64,000 nucleotides of DNA from Anaerolineae bacterium (GTDB taxonomy: Bacteria; Chloroflexota; Anaerolineae; UBA1429). This document shows, in pieces, positions 58,741-64,000 of this stretch (its first letter is position 1; the number at the start of each line of letters is the position of its first letter). Under the pieces are notes generated by a model. It had not been told where the DNA came from and made no database searches. It saw only the letters and a program-made list of their open reading frames with translations. The stretch lies in contig JAXGPZ010000001.1 in the NCBI GenBank assembly GCA_040766725.1, positions 2,721,529 through 2,785,528 on the forward strand, written 5' to 3'. Both the position numbers and the translations under genes were made by a program.

Positions 58741-60082
58741 CGTCGCACCCCTGGGACCCATGCCGCGACCAGGCCCCCAGCATGGCCCCGAGGATCAGCG
58801 CCGGCCACCAGGCGACCGGTAGATAGAGATAGACATCGACCAGCGTCGCCAGAAAACCCGCCAGCAGCGCCACGCAGAGTCCGACCAGCTCCCAATCATG
58901 CCCCGTGGCGCCTCGGTGCAGACCCACGACGGCCGGGCCCACCAGCAGCGCCACCCAGAGCAGCGCGCCGCCGACGCCGAGCTCGGCCGCCGTGAGCAGC
59001 GGAATGCTATGCACCGTGCGAAAGCCGGGGAACTTGGGGCCCATCTGGCTACCCACGGTCGCCCACAGCGCCCTGACATAGTAACCAGACCCTACCCCCA
59101 GCCATGGCCGAGCGCGGATCAGCGTCCACGCCAGCCGATAGTCCTCGAGGCGCTCGCGCAGCGAGTTCTGCTCGAGAAGATTGCCCAGCCCGCACAGCCG
59201 CAGAGACAGCGCGGCCCCTAACAGCAGTATGCACGCTCCGAGCCCGCCCAACAGCCAGCGCCGCATCGCGGGCTGGAGTTCGCCCCAGTAAGCGCGCCGC
59301 AGCACCAGCCCGCAGCCCGCCATGCTCAGGAGCAGCGCCAACAGCGCCGAGCGCGAGAAGGACAGCAGCAGCCCGGCCATGCCCGGCGCCATGCTGCCCA
59401 GCAGCAGAGCACGTTCGACGCGGTCGCGCGTGGCTTGTGCCCTCCCCGCCACCACCAGAAGGCCCATCGTCATCTGTCCGCCGAGGACGTTGGGGTGTGG
59501 CGCCATCCCCTGAGCGCGGAGCCAGCGTCGGCCACCCACGACCAGAACATAAGCGCCCAGTTCGCTAGGCGCCTTGGCGGCCTCGCCCAACGCTTCGAGG
59601 CCCACCGGCCCCTGCAAGGCGAACTGCCCCACCGCCACCAGCCCCTGGAGCACCAGCACGGCCGCCATAGCAGCGGCCAGATAGCGGATCGGCAACTCGG
59701 TGTGCGCAAAGAGGCCAATGGCCCAGAAAAAGCCGATCGACGTCACTGTCACAAAAGCGGCGCGCGCAACGTGGACGGGCCACACGCGCACCAACGCCAG
59801 AGTTCCCAGGCCCAACGCCGGGCCTACCGCCCACCAGGCCGGACGCGCCCAGTGGCGCCAGCGTTGCCCTGCCAGCGTGCCCCACAACCACGTCACGGCC
59901 ACCGCCAGGGGTACAAGCATCAGTGCCCCCGGCGCATAGTCATGCCCCAGCAGCCGCACCGTGCCCAGAGGCCAGAGCGCAAAGGCGCCGTGCTGCCACG
60001 AAGGCGTCAGGCAAGCCAACACCAGCGCGGCGCAGAAGAGCGCCCGCGAAGCATAGATGACGACCCGCGCACCGGCCTTCAC
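58727..60082 (-). CDS. O-antigen ligase/polymerase-like (Wzy_C/WaaL family) membrane protein
   Basis: Polytopic membrane protein with a large periplasmic loop. SRSALLALLLS and PWLGVGSGYY blocks. Confidence 0.7.
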   Translation of the reverse strand: MKAGARVVIYASRALFCAALVLACLTPSWQHGAFALWPLGTVRLLGHDYAPGALMLVPLAVAVTWLWGTLAGQRWRHWARPAWWAVGPALGLGTLALVRVWPVHVARAAFVTVTSIGFFWAIGLFAHTELPIRYLAAAMAAVLVLQGLVAVGQFALQGPVGLEALGEAAKAPSELGAYVLVVGGRRWLRAQGMAPHPNVLGGQMTMGLLVVAGRAQATRDRVERALLLGSMAPGMAGLLLSFSRSALLALLLSMAGCGLVLRRAYWGELQPAMRRWLLGGLGACILLLGAALSLRLCGLGNLLEQNSLRERLEDYRLAWTLIRARPWLGVGSGYYVRALWATVGSQMGPKFPGFRTVHSIPLLTAAELGVGGALLWVALLVGPAVVGLHRGATGHDWELVGLCVALLAGFLATLVDVYLYLPVAWWPALILGAMLGAWSRHGSQGCDDVRR

Positions 60083-61377
60083 TGTGCTGCATCTCCACCA
60101 ATATGCGGCTGGCCGACCGCCTGCCGCACCATCGAGCGCAGCAGCAGCAACAGCACCAGCTCTGACAGCAGCGCCACCGACACCGTCCCCCAGTGGCCAA
60201 ACCGAGGCGCGAGCAGCAGATTGAGCGCACCATTAAGGACTGTAGCCACCAGCATGGCGTGCGACACCCGCCGCTGCCGGTTGAGCACGATCAGCAGGTG
60301 CCCGGCGAGCAGATAGCCCGCCGCCAGCGGCAGTGCCAAGGCCAGCAGGCGCAGCAGGATGGCGCTGTCGCTGGCCAGGGCGCCCGCCCCATAGACGATC
60401 TGCACGGCCAGCGGCGCCAGCGCCAGCGTCGCCAATGTGATGAGGCCCGACAGAATCAGTAGCACACGCTGCCCCAGCCGATAGGCGGCCAACAGGGCCG
60501 CCCGCGTTGCATCGGCCACCGCCCGGCGCGCCAACTCGGGGAAAAGCGCATCGAGGAGCGCCACTGTGGGCAAAGTGAGCAGCTCGTACATGCGATAGGC
60601 GGCGCCATAGGCGCCCGCCTCAGCGTCGCCCCGGAAGAACGATAGCACCAGCAGGTCGAGCCGTCGGTAGAGCATGGCCGAGATGCTGGTGACCGCAAAG
60701 GGCGCCGCCCCACGCAGCAACCGCAGCGCTGCACCTTGGGCCAGCCGCCATTGCGGCCGCACGCCGCGACGCGCCAGCAGCCACCATGCCCAGAACGCCC
60801 CCAGCAGATTCGCGCCCGGCCAACAGGCGATGGCGGCACGTTCATCGAACCCGAGCAGCAGCAAGGCGATGCCCGCCCCGGCGAACAGCCACCGCAGCGC
60901 GAGCTGCGCCGCGCTCGATATGTGCATCTCCTGACGCGCCTTGAGCCATACGATCACCACTGCGATGCAAGACTCGAACGGCAGGGCCACTGCTGCAATG
61001 GCCACCCCGGCCCAGCGTTGAGGGCCAAAGGCGGCGCCCACCAGCGTGGCCACCAGCAGCATCGCTCCCAAGCCCGTCAGCAGCTTGACGGGCAAGGCCA
61101 CGCCGATCAGCCGCTGGGCTGAGCCAGGATCGCGCGCCAGTTCGCGCATCAGGTAGGTGCTCAGGCCTACATCGGCAACGGCCGCAGCGATCGCCTCGGC
61201 GCTCAGAGCCAGCAGAGCGCGGTTGAGCCCCGACAGCCCCACCCGACGCGTCAACACGGCCGCCAGCGCCATGGTGGCCAGGCTGCCGCCCACCTGTAGC
61301 GCCCCCAGGGCGAGGGCATTGCGCCCAATGCGCCGTACGCCGCCGCGCCCTGCCGACAACGATCGCAAGGTGTTCAC
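60079..61377 (-). CDS. Wzx-like oligosaccharide flippase (MOP/polysaccharide biosynthesis protein family)
   Basis: 12-14 TM. The GTG start at 61377 forms a GTGA overlap with the upstream stop. The longer ORF up to 61464 is a low-complexity extension. Confidence 0.7.
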   Translation of the reverse strand: MNTLRSLSAGRGGVRRIGRNALALGALQVGGSLATMALAAVLTRRVGLSGLNRALLALSAEAIAAAVADVGLSTYLMRELARDPGSAQRLIGVALPVKLLTGLGAMLLVATLVGAAFGPQRWAGVAIAAVALPFESCIAVVIVWLKARQEMHISSAAQLALRWLFAGAGIALLLLGFDERAAIACWPGANLLGAFWAWWLLARRGVRPQWRLAQGAALRLLRGAAPFAVTSISAMLYRRLDLLVLSFFRGDAEAGAYGAAYRMYELLTLPTVALLDALFPELARRAVADATRAALLAAYRLGQRVLLILSGLITLATLALAPLAVQIVYGAGALASDSAILLRLLALALPLAAGYLLAGHLLIVLNRQRRVSHAMLVATVLNGALNLLLAPRFGHWGTVSVALLSELVLLLLLRSMVRQAVGQPHIGGDAAQ

Positions 61378-62834
61378 CGGACACAGCCTTCGGCAGCCAG
61401 ACGCAGCAGATCCAGCCGCGCCAGCAGTTCGCCTGGCGGCAACGCAGGCCGTTCGGCGCGCCACGTGTCAAAAGTGCGCTTGTCAATCGCCAGCGACTCG
61501 GGCAACGACACCTGGTCATAGGCCTCGGCGAGGGCTCGGCCTGCGCAGACGTCGTCGAGATAGCCTGCTGAGACCACGCGTACGCGCTCGATCGGCGGCA
61601 GCGGCCACTCCAAGTATTGTGGCCAGCTTGTGACGGCAGGCCGGCCCAGGTAGTAGGTGAACTGTGCGGCCAGCGAATAGTCCAGGCACAGGATCGTCTC
61701 GTCGTCATCCAGGCGCGACCCGGCCAGGGCGCGCAGGCCTTGCGCGTCGAGCGCCATGCGTCGTTCGAGAGCGCCACTCCAGGGACAGGGGCGTTCGTCG
61801 AGCTGGCGATAGACCGTGGCTGCCGACAGGCCGCCGCCCAGCGCCGCCAGCGTCGCCAGCCCCAGCACTGCAGTGAGCGGCAGGACCATGGCGTGTCGCT
61901 CGGCCAGGCGCCACAGCCCCTCGATGCCCGGCCCCAATAGCAGTGGCAGCGCCACCACCAGGCTGCGCGGGGTGTTGGCCGGGCTGAGCAGCACCGGCAA
62001 CGCCAGCGCCACGCCCACCACACTCAGCAGGCGGGCGCGCGGCCACCGCCAGAAGAGCACGCCGCAGCCGGCCAGCAGCGCCAGTGGCCAGCTCACATAA
62101 TCGAGCAGGTTGCCCAGCCGCGCCCATGGCCCCACGGGCGTTAGCACGCCGTGGCTCAGGTGACCCAGTTGCCAGCGGAATGAGGCCCAATCGCGCTGCG
62201 CATTCCACACCAACGTGGGCGCCAGGCCCAGCGCCGCCACAGCGATCGCGAGCCAGAAGCGCGGCTCGCGGGCGAGACGGGGGCGCAGCAGTAGCCCATA
62301 GAGCAGCGCCACGCCGGCCAAGACATAGGCCGTGTACTTGGCGGCGAACGCCAAAGCCATGGCCACGCCCAGGCTCAGCGCCAGCGTCAACGACGGACGC
62401 TCGTCGACCGACAGCCAGCGGTCGATCGACAGCAGCACCACCAGCAGCATGACCAGCAACAGCCCGTCGGGATAGACGTGCCGCGAGATGATCACGAACG
62501 GCTTGCCCACCGCCACGAGCGCGGCCGTGGTCCAGGCGGCACGTGCGCTCACCAGGCGCCTGGAGAGTCGCCAGGCCAGCGGCACAGCCCCGACGCCCAG
62601 CATTGCGTTGAGCCAGCGAATGCCCGCCTCGCTTTGCCCGCCCAGCAGCGTGGAAAGGCGCACCAGCAGCGCCACGCCGGCGGGATGATCATAGTACGAC
62701 AGCGCCAGGTGCCGCGACCAGGCCCAGTAGTAGGCCTCATCGCCCACCAGCGCCAGCGCCCCCAGCCGCCAGCAGCGCAGAGCGGCCGCCAGCAGCGTCA
62801 ATAGCGCCAGCGCCAACCTCTCGCGTCGCACCAT
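61374..62834 (-). CDS. GT39-family glycosyltransferase (ArnT/PMT-like, dolichyl-phosphate-mannose-protein mannosyltransferase family)
   Basis: LVGDEAYYWAWSRHLALSYYDHPAGVALLVRL N-terminal motif. The internal ATG at 62834 shares one nt with the upstream stop (TGATG). Confidence 0.75.
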   Translation of the reverse strand: MVRRERLALALLTLLAAALRCWRLGALALVGDEAYYWAWSRHLALSYYDHPAGVALLVRLSTLLGGQSEAGIRWLNAMLGVGAVPLAWRLSRRLVSARAAWTTAALVAVGKPFVIISRHVYPDGLLLVMLLVVLLSIDRWLSVDERPSLTLALSLGVAMALAFAAKYTAYVLAGVALLYGLLLRPRLAREPRFWLAIAVAALGLAPTLVWNAQRDWASFRWQLGHLSHGVLTPVGPWARLGNLLDYVSWPLALLAGCGVLFWRWPRARLLSVVGVALALPVLLSPANTPRSLVVALPLLLGPGIEGLWRLAERHAMVLPLTAVLGLATLAALGGGLSAATVYRQLDERPCPWSGALERRMALDAQGLRALAGSRLDDDETILCLDYSLAAQFTYYLGRPAVTSWPQYLEWPLPPIERVRVVSAGYLDDVCAGRALAEAYDQVSLPESLAIDKRTFDTWRAERPALPPGELLARLDLLRLAAEGCVR

Positions 62835-63745
62835 CAGCGCAGAGCCCCCGCATCGTGGAGCGTGATCTGGTAGCCGTAACTGTCGACCGGGCCATCGACC
62901 TCGATCTCCACCCCGGCCCACGAGAGGCTGTAGCAGCCCCGCCAGTTCCACTGCAGGTAGCGTTCGCGCCCATACAGCAGACGACCGCCGGGCTCGGCAG
63001 CCACACAGAATCGGACCTGCGGCGCCTCGCTGAGCATGCAGCCGCTCATGGCCGCGGTCTCGCTCCAGATCCCGATCTCGTCGTCGCACAGCGACAGCCT
63101 GGCGGCATCGCGGTAGCACCGAAAGCGCTTCGCCCCCTGCTCGTTGGCCAGATAGGCGCGCTCCCAGGGCACGGTGAGCCCGCCAAAGTCCACCTCGACC
63201 GCGATGACGCCGTCGCGCAGCAGTCGATAGGTGACCGCCACCTCACCGATCGGCTCGACGGGGCGGTATTTGCGGCGCATGAACTGCGCGGGTGTGTCGA
63301 TGGTGTCCATCACAAACACCTTGCGCATCACGAACGCCTCGGCGCTGGGCTCGAACGCGATCGACGCCCGCCGAGAGTTGTAGGCCTGGCCCTGCGCCAC
63401 AATGATGGGCGCGCCAAAGCCATAGCCCTCTTCGATCAGCTCGTGCCCGGCGACCTTCCATACGAGGCCCTTTTGCAGAGAGGCTATCTTGCCGTTGTGG
63501 GGGCGTGGCTCTTCATAGAGGATTAGGCTGCTACCGGGCCCAGTGGCCACCTCGATGCCCGCCTTGCTCGCAGTCAGCCGGCCGTAGAGCTGCAGCGTCC
63601 AGTAGGGCTCGACGATCTCGGCCGCTGCCTGCCACACCAAAAGGAGCCCGCCGACGACGACCGCGCTCAACGCCGCCGCAACGAGCAGCACGATGAGCGC
63701 CCACCAGGGTCGGGGTGCACGGCGCGTTGCTGACACTGGGCTCAC
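62834..63745 (-). CDS. hypothetical membrane-anchored protein
   Basis: N-terminal TM helix, then a 270-aa soluble domain. Overlaps the upstream stop by 4 nt. Confidence 0.5.
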   Translation of the reverse strand: MSPVSATRRAPRPWWALIVLLVAAALSAVVVGGLLLVWQAAAEIVEPYWTLQLYGRLTASKAGIEVATGPGSSLILYEEPRPHNGKIASLQKGLVWKVAGHELIEEGYGFGAPIIVAQGQAYNSRRASIAFEPSAEAFVMRKVFVMDTIDTPAQFMRRKYRPVEPIGEVAVTYRLLRDGVIAVEVDFGGLTVPWERAYLANEQGAKRFRCYRDAARLSLCDDEIGIWSETAAMSGCMLSEAPQVRFCVAAEPGGRLLYGRERYLQWNWRGCYSLSWAGVEIEVDGPVDSYGYQITLHDAGALR

Positions 63746-64000
63746 GGCACAAAGCCCGTGTTGTGCAGATCGCGGTGAAAGCGCGGCCAGGGCGCCTCGC
63801 CCATGCTGCCCACATCGCGTAGCAGGTGGATGCCGTTGTTGGCCCCCACCACCATGTCAGCGCGGCCGTCACCCTCCAGATCGCCCACCCACGGCGACGA
63901 GAAGACGTGGTGCCCCAAGTCGATGGGAAAGCCGGGCAACGCCTCACCGCGAGCGGTCCAGCCATAGACCTGGCCATCTTTGGAGCCCGCGATGATATCG
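63742..64000 (-). CDS. FG-GAP repeat protein, C-terminal part (gene continues past the window end)
   Basis: ...SPWVGDLEGDGRADMVVGANNG... FG-GAP/calcium-loop repeats. Stop at 63742. Confidence 0.55.
   Translation of the reverse strand, partial: DIIAGSKDGQVYGWTARGEALPGFPIDLGHHVFSSPWVGDLEGDGRADMVVGANNGIHLLRDVGSMGEAPWPRFHRDLHNTGFVP

Noticed and set aside
1-64000. tRNA, rRNA, CRISPR arrays, IS elements, integrases
   Set aside because: No tRNA-like GTTCGA/T-loop signatures or rRNA stretches were seen in non-coding gaps. There are no regularly spaced direct repeats. No transposase or integrase-like ORFs are present.

Overview
The window is high-GC (about 65-70 %), gene-dense bacterial chromosome, with strong GGAGG-type Shine-Dalgarno sites and many near-consensus TTGACA-N17-TAnnnT promoters. 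The proteins look most like a Chloroflexota-type organism, but this is not certain. About 60 protein genes are supportable. They include dnaA, infA, hpt, mntP, two adjacent heterodimer-type ABC exporters, several MFS/APC transporters and glycoside hydrolases of families GH38, GH51 and GH95. There is also a flotillin/NfeD pair, a WYL regulator divergent from a GyrI-like gene, and a minus-strand envelope glycan module (GT39/ArnT-like, Wzx flippase, O-antigen-ligase-like, methyltransferase, FG-GAP protein) that runs off the right edge. I found no tRNA, rRNA, CRISPR array, IS element or integrase.

The two most unusual signals are non-coding. (1) At 57.1-57.9 kb there is an approximately 0.8-kb, lower-GC, strand-biased region with three near-consensus sigma70-like promoters on the minus strand. 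They sit roughly 330-380 bp apart. Two diverged copies of a non-coding unit are each driven by their own promoter, and the proximal copy ends in a clean intrinsic terminator just upstream of the hpt-operon promoter. This looks like a tandem pair of candidate small RNAs. (2) A consensus promoter, a strong RBS, a 28-codon ORF and an intrinsic terminator, followed by a second 22-codon ORF, lie directly upstream of the two ABC-exporter genes. This is the layout of a ribosome-dependent attenuation leader.

Other points of interest are a tandem pair of paralogous secreted proteins and a triplicated MFS family inside a glycoside-handling island. dnaA has no adjacent dnaN and I could not find canonical DnaA boxes. 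Long antisense shadow ORFs are abundant in the six-frame track and were rejected.
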